From Promethearchaeota archaeon (GTDB lineage: Archaea; Asgardarchaeota; Lokiarchaeia; Sigyniarchaeales; SOKP01), in NCBI GenBank assembly GCA_048941065.1, contig JBHLNY010000003.1, positions 1 to 40,537 on the forward strand: a stretch of DNA of 40,537 nucleotides. The letters are read 5' to 3'. How positions within the stretch are numbered: the first letter of the stretch is position 1; every line of letters begins with the position of its first letter. The notes beneath the pieces are model-generated. The model had not been told where the DNA came from and did not search any database. It saw only the letters and a program-made list of their open reading frames with translations. Positions 10,925 to 19,394 of the stretch are shown in pieces. The translations under genes were made by a program, and so were the position numbers.

Positions 10925-12025
10925 CTATTGTAGATTATTCATGAAATTTTTTTGACGTTTTAATTTTGATTGAGAATATTGGCTAATTAAATCTAGCATT
11001 TTTTTCTTTTTTGTTGCATCTAAATCTAAGTTATTAATTATTCCTGCATCTAATGCTTTTGAAAGAATCTCCTTTCCCTTTTTTGTTCGAGTTATAACAG
11101 TTGTATATTTATCTCGAGAGCCAAGGCCTCCAAAAGATATATCCGCATAGATGTTTGTAAAATCTCCGCAGGCATTACAAGCAGAGCGCATATAATCATT
11201 TAAATGATTAAAAGGCACGTGTATTATTTTACCATCTTTTAATCTAAAGATTAAATCCTCCTTGATATTGATTTTTTCAATATCACCAAATTTTATATTG
11301 AAATCTTTCTCAAATTTAGCAATTTGGGATTTATCAAATAAAAAGTTTTCATAACAGAAGAGACCAAGGCAAAGTTCAATATTTTCTGAAGGGGTGACCC
11401 CTAAATCTTGCATACATCTCATTGTATATATCTGGCATGGTGTACCTACAACTGCTAATTTCTTAAATTTATAATGGTTTAATTTAGGAATTGAATGAGT
11501 ATAAGTGCAAAACTTTTGAATTTCATTTAAGTGAGAGGATATATCTAGTTTAGCTCCAGATGCTTTCAATAAATCATACTTACTATCGGCAAATGTAGCT
11601 TCTCTTGAAAATGGAGCCTCTGTTTTGGAAACTACCGCTCCATCAATTAACTTTATCTCTATTAAGAAATTAATAATCGAGTTAACAACTCCACCATCAG
11701 TTCCATATTTTAGAAACTCTGAATCAGTAGCTTGACATGAATAAATATCTTCATAATACCCTATAGGCATTGTAACATAATCAGTAAACTTATAAGTTTT
11801 ATTAAGCTCATTATCTAAAATATGAGTCTGAGGACATATGTAATAACAAATTCCACATTCGAGGCATTTTTCCTTATTAATATATTCTGGAGGCTTATAT
11901 AGATCTTTAAGACCAATAACATCATACTCAGCGGAGCTACAAAAACTTACACATCCTCCACACTCTTGACATATCCCCTTCTCATGAACTTCGTTTATTA
12001 AATCTTGAAATGTTTTTGAACTCAT
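10925..12025 (-). CDS. FrhB/FdhB-family (F420-binding) protein with N-terminal ferredoxin
   Basis: CQECGGCVSFC, CLECGICYYICP, GTDGGVV, VVGTPCQ, GLFCYENF, CNACGDFT..ADISFGGLGS. Confidence 0.9.
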   Translation of the reverse strand: MSSKTFQDLINEVHEKGICQECGGCVSFCSSAEYDVIGLKDLYKPPEYINKEKCLECGICYYICPQTHILDNELNKTYKFTDYVTMPIGYYEDIYSCQATDSEFLKYGTDGGVVNSIINFLIEIKLIDGAVVSKTEAPFSREATFADSKYDLLKASGAKLDISSHLNEIQKFCTYTHSIPKLNHYKFKKLAVVGTPCQIYTMRCMQDLGVTPSENIELCLGLFCYENFLFDKSQIAKFEKDFNIKFGDIEKINIKEDLIFRLKDGKIIHVPFNHLNDYMRSACNACGDFTNIYADISFGGLGSRDKYTTVITRTKKGKEILSKALDAGIINNLDLDATKKKKMLDLISQYSQSKLKRQKNFMNNLQ

Positions 12026-12038
12026 ATTATTTAAACAT

Positions 12039-13544
12039 TTAAATTTTCTTATTTCTATTTAATTCAATTGGTTTACAATTTTTCCTTTTTGTTCCAGCAA
12101 TTCTTTCTAAAAGAGCTTGTCCTGGTTTAACTTCTTTTAAACTCTGAGACTCTATTAATCCTGCTTCAATAGCTCCTTGAAAAATCTCCTCACCTTTCTT
12201 TGTACGAGTGATAACAGAAGACCAACCTCCTTGGGAGCCTATTGAACCTACAGATACGTCTGCATAATCTGAGGTCAAATCTTCACAATAATGACAGTTA
12301 TTTCGGGCGTAAGATTTTACATCATTAAGAGGTACTCTTAAGTCTTCCCCTGAATCTAAATAAATGATAAATTTTCCACCGCTTATATCCATCTTTGACA
12401 CTTTTCTAAAATCCTTATCAAATTGCTCTTTAATTAATTTAAGTACGCCTTCATAAGGAAACGCCTCCATGCAAAAAAGCCCTATCCTATATTTAATATT
12501 ATTGAAAAAGGGTAAACCACTTGGAAATAAATTACTTTTTTCAATAGCATTTATCATACAAGGTGTTCCAACAACTGCTATCTTCTTGAATTTTTTTGTA
12601 TCATCAATAATAGCTAAAGTTGATGCATTTGCATATTTCGTTCCACCTGTCTTATATAAATCCTTTATATTATCTACAATCACAGGCTCTGGTTTCCAAA
12701 AATCTTTTGAATGCTGTACTGCTACAATTGCATCAACAAATTTATTCTTTAGTAAATATTCAAGTAACGAGGTTACAATCCCTCCATCTTGTCGTATTTC
12801 TTTAATATTATCCTTAGTTGTTGTGGCTGAATATGTGTTAACATATCCATTTATTTTTTCTGAAAAGTTAAGAGATTTATTAAGCCTTTTTATACTCAAT
12901 AAGGCTTGTTCAATTGAAAAAGAACGAGGACAAACAGAATAACATAATCCGCACTTCATACAAACTTCATCATCTATCTCAAGAGCATCTGCGGTTACTG
13001 CAATTGCATTGACAGGGCAAATTGAGGAACACCATCCACATTGGCAACATGCTCCAGCATCATATACAATAGAAACTGGTTCAAAATAATGTTCAATAAA
13101 ATCTTCTGGAAGTTCTTTCACTTGATATCGATAAAAATATTCTTTTTCTTCAACTTCCTTTTCTTCTCCCTTTATTTTTTTTATAACAGTTTTCGTCTTA
13201 ACTTCAATATGTTCTTCAATGTAACCCTGTTCTTTTAGATAAATTACATCCCTTATTACATTAGTAGGAGGAAATTCTTTGATTAATTCAGCAATTTCTT
13301 CCAAAAACAGAGGTTTCTTTCTCTTTAATTTATTCAGAACTAAATAACGTTCAGTTTCAGCATCAACCATCCCATCTAAGATGTCATAGAATTCTTCTTC
13401 TGTATATTTCCCGGCTTTTAAGATTTCATCTTTTGCTTCAAAAAAAGCTCTTACTTGGAAATTTCCTGAAGCTTTATACGTAGCTTCCATCAATGCATTA
13501 GGAGAGATTTTCTCGAACAATTTGTTATTTATAATTTGAACCAT
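12039..13544 (-). CDS. FrhB/FdhB-family protein with ~150-aa N-terminal helical/wHTH-like extension
   Basis: CCQCGWCSSICP, CMKCGLCYSVCP, RQDGGIVT, VVGTPCM, GLFCMEAF, CHYCEDLT..ADVSVGSIGS. Confidence 0.9.
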   Translation of the reverse strand: MVQIINNKLFEKISPNALMEATYKASGNFQVRAFFEAKDEILKAGKYTEEEFYDILDGMVDAETERYLVLNKLKRKKPLFLEEIAELIKEFPPTNVIRDVIYLKEQGYIEEHIEVKTKTVIKKIKGEEKEVEEKEYFYRYQVKELPEDFIEHYFEPVSIVYDAGACCQCGWCSSICPVNAIAVTADALEIDDEVCMKCGLCYSVCPRSFSIEQALLSIKRLNKSLNFSEKINGYVNTYSATTTKDNIKEIRQDGGIVTSLLEYLLKNKFVDAIVAVQHSKDFWKPEPVIVDNIKDLYKTGGTKYANASTLAIIDDTKKFKKIAVVGTPCMINAIEKSNLFPSGLPFFNNIKYRIGLFCMEAFPYEGVLKLIKEQFDKDFRKVSKMDISGGKFIIYLDSGEDLRVPLNDVKSYARNNCHYCEDLTSDYADVSVGSIGSQGGWSSVITRTKKGEEIFQGAIEAGLIESQSLKEVKPGQALLERIAGTKRKNCKPIELNRNKKI

Positions 13545-13599
13545 ATTTCCTTCAATTTTACAATATTTTTTTTAATAACTTTTCTATTAATATTTTTAA

Positions 13600-13667
13600 A
13601 CTCCCTCCATCGCGTGGATAGTTATCTTATAACCATAATTTATTTATAAGAATCATTCTAAGGGAGT
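13600..13667 (-). promoter_or_regulatory. Candidate SECIS element (eukaryote-like, non-canonical 3' core) in the 3' UTR of Sec-mvhD
   Basis: Starts 2 nt after the mvhD stop. mRNA ACUCCCU..AGGGAGU closing stem; AUGA (13653-13656); 8-bp helix UCUUAUAA/UUAUAAGA; AAA 11 nt after AUGA; extra UCCA-CGCGA-UGGA hairpin. Confidence 0.6.
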
Positions 13668-13669
13668 AG

Positions 13670-14113
13670 TTAATGGATTTTTCCTTTTTTTTTTCGTTTT
13701 ATTTCTAGCAAATTCAGTGGATTGGGTCCAATCTTCCTTATTTTTTCAAGCGTGTCTTCCACACTCCTCACTAATTTTTCAGATTCAGCACTACTTAACC
13801 AATACTGATTAACTCTTTGATTTCCAAAACCTCTTCGATCTAAGATTCTATTCGCTAAATCAACATGAGTCTGAGCTTTAAAATTTCCACTCTTATATTG
13901 GCATTCATCAGGTCGTCATCCAACGACCATAACACCATCTGCTCCAGATTTAATAGCATATAAGATATGCTTAGCATCAATTCTTCCTGTGCAACGTACT
14001 TTTATAATTTTAACCGAAGGTGTATATTTAAATCGAGACACACCTGCTAGATCAGCAGCACCATAACCTCATTTTAAACAAGCGAACATTAGTATATTTA
14101 AATTATTATCCAT
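13670..14113 (-). CDS. mvhD: MvhD/VhuD selenoprotein, 147 aa, two in-frame TGA (codon 15 at 14069-14071; codon 66 at 13916-13918); absent from ORF track
   Basis: Manual translation MDNNLNILMFACLKUGYGAADLAGVSRFKY..VRCTGRID..GADGVMVVGURPDECQYKSGN..YWLSSAES..IGPNPL..H*. Both TGA align to Cys of the Cys paralog (CNWC, GCH). SD GGAGGTGA in the hdrA 3' end. Confidence 0.93.
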
Positions 14114-14117
14114 CTGT

Positions 14118-16058
14118 TTAATCACCTCCTAATATCCCCTCAATTTCAGCATATAATTGATGATCTCTATAATACCGTATATCGATAGCTTGTGTAGGAC
14201 AACAACTAGCACATATACCACATCCATCACAATTAATTTCATCAACAATAGCTCCTTCAGTATCATCAATTTTAATAGCGCCTTTAGGACATTCTTTTTC
14301 ACATCTTCTACAAGAGATACAATAATCTTTATCTATTTGCGCAGTTATTAATTCAATGTCAACTTTTCCTGGAGCTGTTAATTCTGAGACTTTACTTGCT
14401 GCAGCTCTAGCTTGAGACACAGAGTATGCGATATCTTTCGGTCCTTGAGCAAAGCCGGCAATAAAAATACCCTTTGTTTTTGTTTCTTGTGGCATAAGTC
14501 CAAAATGACTTTCAGTTAAAAATCCATTTCGATCTACATCTAAATTCAGAATTTTAGCTATTTTTTCTGTCCCTTTTGAAGGTAATGCGGCAGAGGATAA
14601 TATAACTAGATCAGCATCAATTTTAATAATTTCATCAGTTAAAGATGAATAAACGCGAATATTTACATCTTTAGTTTCTGGATTTTCAGTTATTTCTCCA
14701 ACTTTTCCACGAATCATACGAATATCAGAGTCTTTTGCTCGTTGGTAATATTCTTCAAAACCTTTTTCATTAGTTCTTATGTCTATATAACAAATTGTAA
14801 TATTAGCATCGGGAAATTCTTCTTTTAGAAGCTTCCCATTCTTAAGTGCTAACATACAACATACGCCACTACAATAAGTTCTTTCTGTATCTCTACTTCC
14901 AACACATTGAATAAACACAATTTCTTTGGGCTTTTTATCATCTGACACTCTCCTAACATGCCCTTCTAATGGTCCATTAGGTGCTAGCATTCGTTCTAAT
15001 TGAGCTTGTGTAATTACATTATCAAATTCACCATAGCCATATTCCCCATAGGGTTCATAAATATCCCACCCAGTAGCGATAATAATAGTACCTACTTTAA
15101 ATGTTATTTCCTCTGGGACTTGACTAAAATCTATAGCATCTAATTCACAAGCCTCTACACAATTAAAACATTCAACACAGCTCTCTCTTTGAATATCGTA
15201 TAGAAATGGTACCGCTTGACCAAACGCAATATCAATAGCTTTACGAGCTCCAAGATTCTCATCAAAGTAGTTCGAAGTATAGACAGGGCATACTTCAGTA
15301 CAAGCTCCACAGCCATTGCAATCGTTATTAATATAACGTGGTTTCATTTCTACAGTTACTTCATAGTTTCCGACGTAACCTTCTACATTCTTAACTTCAG
15401 CATAGCTAAGAATTTCAATATTTTCATTTCTGTTAACTTCTAGCATTTTTGGACCGCAAATTCATATGGCACAGTCATCTGTAGGAAATGTTCTGTCTAA
15501 TTGAGCCATTCTTCCTCCAATCGTCGTTTTACTCTCAACCAAATAAACTTTTATTCCTGCGTTTGCAAGATCTAGGGCAGCATTCATTCCCGCAATTCCG
15601 CCACCTACTACTAAAGTAGCTTTTTCTACTGGAACGGTTTTGATAGGTACTACTTCTAATGTTTTAGCTCTCTCGATTCCACTCTTTACTAAGATTTTTG
15701 CTTTTTCTAATGCATCTTCATTACTTTCAGTACACCAAGAGCAATGTTCCCGTACATTAACCATTTGAAAATAATAAGGATTAAGATCTGTTTTGGCAAT
15801 TGAACCCCGGTAAATGGGTTCGTGAGTTCGCGGTGTTCAGGCTGAAGCAACTATACTGGTTAATCCTTTTTCTTTAATATCCTCTATAATTTCATTCTGA
15901 CCACTTTCAGTACACAAAAAGGCATGACTTTTTGAAATAACGACATCGTCCATCTCTTTAGCAAATTCTACTAGTTTGTCGCAATCCACTTTACCTCGAA
16001 TGTTTATACCTCATTGACAAGCATAGTATCCAATCCGATGATTTTTCTCATCTTTCAT
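14118..16058 (-). CDS. hdrA: HdrA selenoprotein, 646 aa, three in-frame TGA (codon 16 at 16011-16013; 74 at 15837-15839; 199 at 15462-15464)
   Basis: One continuous frame joins ORFs 14118-15446 and 15462-15764 and extends to ATG 16058: IGYYACQUGINI, ASAUTPRTHE, FPTDDCAIUICGPKM. Each TGA aligns to Cys in 6554-9640 (ICHCGINI, ASCTPRTHE, DCSLCILAPKM). Confidence 0.93.
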
Positions 16059-16308
16059 ACTCCTTTCCCCTTTCACCTCAATTACTCTTTTAAAATCAAT
16101 AATTTCTATTTTAAACTATTACAATCTTTATGGTATTTAAATTTTTAAATTTATTCATTTATCAAGATAAGGGAAATCCATTATCCAGTTTAATATTTTT
16201 AATTAAAATATACCATATAGAAAATTTTAATTTAGAAAATTAAGAGAAATAAAAAAAATTTTTTAAAAAATATGGAATTTTTGATTCATTTGAAAGACTT
16301 GTCTAAAT

Positions 16309-17451
16309 TTAATATTGCTCCTTTTGTTCAAATATTTTGAAATATTCATCTTTTTCAGTTAATAATTGTATGACTTTTTCTAACTCATCTACTTTTTGTT
16401 CAAGCATATCAATCTTTTTAAAATTATTGTAAAGAATCTTTCTAATCAATTTATTTTCAGAAATGCTAAAAGCTCCGACTCTTCTCCTGAAGAATTTATA
16501 TCGGCGATAAGCTTCTGAACGTTTTAAAAGATTAAAACGTACAGCCCATTTAACCATTGGCATAAAAAACTTTTTTGCACCAACTTTTTTCTTGACTTCA
16601 TTATAATAGTCTTCAAGAGTGTGTCTTTGATAATTTAAAAGCGTTTGAGATTTTTCTGTATCCATAAATCCACAATGAAAGTCCTTTTGTTCATATGCTT
16701 GTTCAGGTAAAAAATTTCGGCCTAATCCAAAAATCTCCATCATATTATTAATATAATCTCTATAGCTGGTTCTGCATTGTTCACCTCCTGCTATATGGAA
16801 AGTATCACCCCACACTTCATTACATTCAATAGCATTAACTAGAGCTAAACCAACGTCCTTTGTATCACATATCTCTATACAAGTATCCAAAGGCATATGA
16901 AACATCAAAGGATCCATTTCAAGTTTATTTACAGAAGTGATATAAGTTAATCGAAAAATCGCGAAATCAATTCCCGAATCCCGAATAATTTTTTCTGCTT
17001 TAATTTTAGTTGTCGCATAGTAATCACCGTTGCTTGGATTAAGAGGATCTGTAAGAATAATCATAGGGTTATTCCTTCGATCTCCATAAACAGCAATTGA
17101 TGATGTGAAAATTAATTTTGGTTTATTTTTTTGAATTTTTATAGCTTTTATTATATTTTTTATCCCCTCGACATTTACTTCTTCTGCTAATTCTGGAAGT
17201 TTATCCGCAATTGGGGGAATAATGGCTGCTAAATGAATAACAAAATCAACACTTTTTGCAGCTTTCTCAATATCTTCATAATTTCGTAAATCTCCCCATA
17301 AAATCTCAATTTGATTCTTAAATCTTTTAGCTATTTTTCGATTTTTCTTATTTTTAATATCAAAAGCTCTTATATTATAATCTCTCCTAAGCAATTCTTC
17401 TAATGTACTTAACCCTACATTTCCAAATGGACCTGTTAAAAGGATTTTCAA
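16309..17451 (-). CDS. NAD-dependent epimerase/dehydratase (extended SDR, 3-beta-HSD-like)
   Basis: TGPFGNVG, VIHLAA, TSSIAVYG, YATTK (YxxxK). Start placed at TTG 17451 after GGAGGAG SD rather than the ORF-track 17523. Confidence 0.88.
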   Translation of the reverse strand: MKILLTGPFGNVGLSTLEELLRRDYNIRAFDIKNKKNRKIAKRFKNQIEILWGDLRNYEDIEKAAKSVDFVIHLAAIIPPIADKLPELAEEVNVEGIKNIIKAIKIQKNKPKLIFTSSIAVYGDRRNNPMIILTDPLNPSNGDYYATTKIKAEKIIRDSGIDFAIFRLTYITSVNKLEMDPLMFHMPLDTCIEICDTKDVGLALVNAIECNEVWGDTFHIAGGEQCRTSYRDYINNMMEIFGLGRNFLPEQAYEQKDFHCGFMDTEKSQTLLNYQRHTLEDYYNEVKKKVGAKKFFMPMVKWAVRFNLLKRSEAYRRYKFFRRRVGAFSISENKLIRKILYNNFKKIDMLEQKVDELEKVIQLLTEKDEYFKIFEQKEQY

Positions 17452-17499
17452 ATATGTCTCCTCCTGAAAAATTTCATATAATTTTTTGATTATATAAAA

Positions 17500-17530
17500 G
17501 TTAGATATATCGTTATCTAACATATGTTAG
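17500..17530. promoter_or_regulatory. Overlapping inverted repeats, candidate PadR-family operator
   Basis: GTTAGATA-N6-TATCTAAC (17500-17521) and perfect 14-bp palindrome CTAACATATGTTAG (17517-17530), between two TTTATAT boxes upstream of the epimerase. Confidence 0.45.
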
Positions 17531-17659
17531 GTTTTTCGGAAATATAAATTTTTTGTATAAACTCATCAAACAAGGATTAAGCCTAAAAATGCGATTCTAA
17601 AAAAATTTTAAGAATTTTATAGTTTATAGCTATTCTAAACGAAATATTTAATTTTTATT

Positions 17660-18217
17660 TTATTTCAACTTTTTTATTCTTTGGTTAATTTCATTCACAA
17701 CGTTTTGTAATTTTTCAATTATGCTTGATAATACAATTCTTCGTTTATTAAGGATTTCTAGTTTTTCTTCATTGGTTTTATTTATTAAACTTTGGTCATC
17801 TATTATATCAGGTCCCATTAAATCTTCAAATTCGTTAGGAATAGTATCGTCTGTAATTCCCATGGTAGAGAGTACCATTGAAAGTAGAGATTTTCGCATA
17901 GTCTGTTGCCTTTCAATTAATTCTTTCACCATTTCTCTTCCTTCCGATGTTATCTCATATACTTTTCGCTCCCTTTTCCCGTCCATCTCAGTTGTAAATT
18001 TTATTAAACCTTTTTCAGTTAAAGAAGCAAGATGGGGGTATAAAGAAGAAGCTGTTGGATTCCAAACCCCATAAGTCCCATCGCTTATTACTTGCATTAA
18101 ATTGTAGCCATGAGAAGGGCTTTTTTCCAATGCTAACAAAATTAAAGTGCTGATATGCCCTTTTTTCATCGATTGCTCTATCGCATCAGCAATTTTATTA
18201 ATTTTTTTTTTATCCAT
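17660..18217 (-). CDS. PadR-family transcriptional regulator
   Basis: LILLALEKSPSHGYNL..SLYPHLASLTEKGLI..RKVYEITSEG. Confidence 0.92.
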   Translation of the reverse strand: MDKKKINKIADAIEQSMKKGHISTLILLALEKSPSHGYNLMQVISDGTYGVWNPTASSLYPHLASLTEKGLIKFTTEMDGKRERKVYEITSEGREMVKELIERQQTMRKSLLSMVLSTMGITDDTIPNEFEDLMGPDIIDDQSLINKTNEEKLEILNKRRIVLSSIIEKLQNVVNEINQRIKKLK

Positions 18218-18322
18218 GTATAATCAAAAGAGTGTCAATTATAGATAGATCTAATGTTGTAATTAATATAAGTTTAAAGTAGTAGAATTACAAAAAAGAA
18301 AAGAAAGGCATAGAAATTAATT

Positions 18323-19240
18323 TTAAGCCTTTTTCTTTCTTCTTTTCGATTTAGAGCCTCCTCCTGAAAAACCAGAAAAATTTAAATCACTTCCCCCACA
18401 TGCAATACCAATAACAATGAGAACAAGAACAATAACAACAATTACAGCGGCTATTACTAAGGCTAATAGCAAAATCCCTTCTATTTTGAAAAAAATGTAA
18501 ATCCACGGATCTTTTTCACTATTTTTCTGTACTGATTTAGCTCCATAAAACATAGTTGTTAGTGATACGACGAGTATATAAGCTAGAGAAATGGGGATTG
18601 TTAATAAGAAATTTCTAATTGAAAAGATTAAGAGAAAAATTCCTTCTAACATAGCCATCCCTACTAAAAAAATTATAATGTGCATCCATAAATATCCTTT
18701 GGAGAAATAATTTTCTCTTAAAATAGTACCCATCAAACAAACTATTAATATAGCCCCAAGTGATAAGAAAACGAACATATGAACCTGAGGTAAAAATTCT
18801 GTTATCATAATTATGGGTAGACTAAGTATTCCCGCTATAAAGCTAAATAAAAAAAAGATTATAAGGCCTAATTGAATTTTATTGGATTTAGCTATAAAAA
18901 ATAATAAAGTAAATAAGATAATTTCAATAATAATCATTGAAACGTAAAAAGCTAGAAATATTATAGTAAATTCAAGTTCTATAAAAATGGCACTAAATAT
19001 TATTTCACTAATTAACCAAATTGTTGCTCCTACTAACATGGTGGGTAAAATTTTTAGTAAAAAAATGTTGCGCTGAGAAGAAGTAAGAATATAGTTAATT
19101 TTCTTTTTAGCTTTAACAATATCTTCTTTTTTAGTTTCGACTTGTTTTGGGATTTTTTCAATTACTAGTTCACCACAGTTAGTACAGTATTTAACACCCT
19201 TTTCTAAAACTTTTCCACAATAAGTACAAAAATTTGGCAT
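18323..19240 (-). CDS. Zinc-ribbon-fused multi-pass membrane protein, Bax inhibitor-1/YccA-like
   Basis: FCTYCG..YCTNCG N-terminus; ~7 TM segments with a BI-1-like pattern (FLFSFIAGILSLPII); Gly/Ser then polybasic tail. Confidence 0.55.
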   Translation of the reverse strand: MPNFCTYCGKVLEKGVKYCTNCGELVIEKIPKQVETKKEDIVKAKKKINYILTSSQRNIFLLKILPTMLVGATIWLISEIIFSAIFIELEFTIIFLAFYVSMIIIEIILFTLLFFIAKSNKIQLGLIIFFLFSFIAGILSLPIIMITEFLPQVHMFVFLSLGAILIVCLMGTILRENYFSKGYLWMHIIIFLVGMAMLEGIFLLIFSIRNFLLTIPISLAYILVVSLTTMFYGAKSVQKNSEKDPWIYIFFKIEGILLLALVIAAVIVVIVLVLIVIGIACGGSDLNFSGFSGGGSKSKRRKKKA

Positions 19241-19394
19241 GCTTAATAATCAATTAAAAATCATTGGAGTATATTAAATAAATGAGTGGAACTAGTATTT
19301 TAAATTAATGTAGAAGTTGAAGATTTTCGGATCAAATATGCTTTCTCTACTAATTATTAAAGATGAAAAAAATAAAATTATTCATTTAGTATAG

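Noticed and set aside
15462-15764. ORF-track 100-aa and 442-aa ORFs as separate genes
   Set aside because: They are in-frame pieces of the single Sec-HdrA.
13670-16058. Pseudogene or alternative genetic code (TGA=Trp/Gly) explanation for the in-frame TGA codons
   Set aside because: All five TGA fall on conserved Cys columns, with no frameshifts or other stop types. Trp is TGG elsewhere, and TGA ends ordinary genes in this window (25829-25831, 27464-27466, 34414-34416).
16165-16186. GATAA-GG..CC-TTATC stem upstream of Sec-hdrA as a 5' SECIS
   Set aside because: Short imperfect stem with neither the archaeal GAA/A nor the eukaryotic AUGA/GA motif; probably upstream of the promoter.
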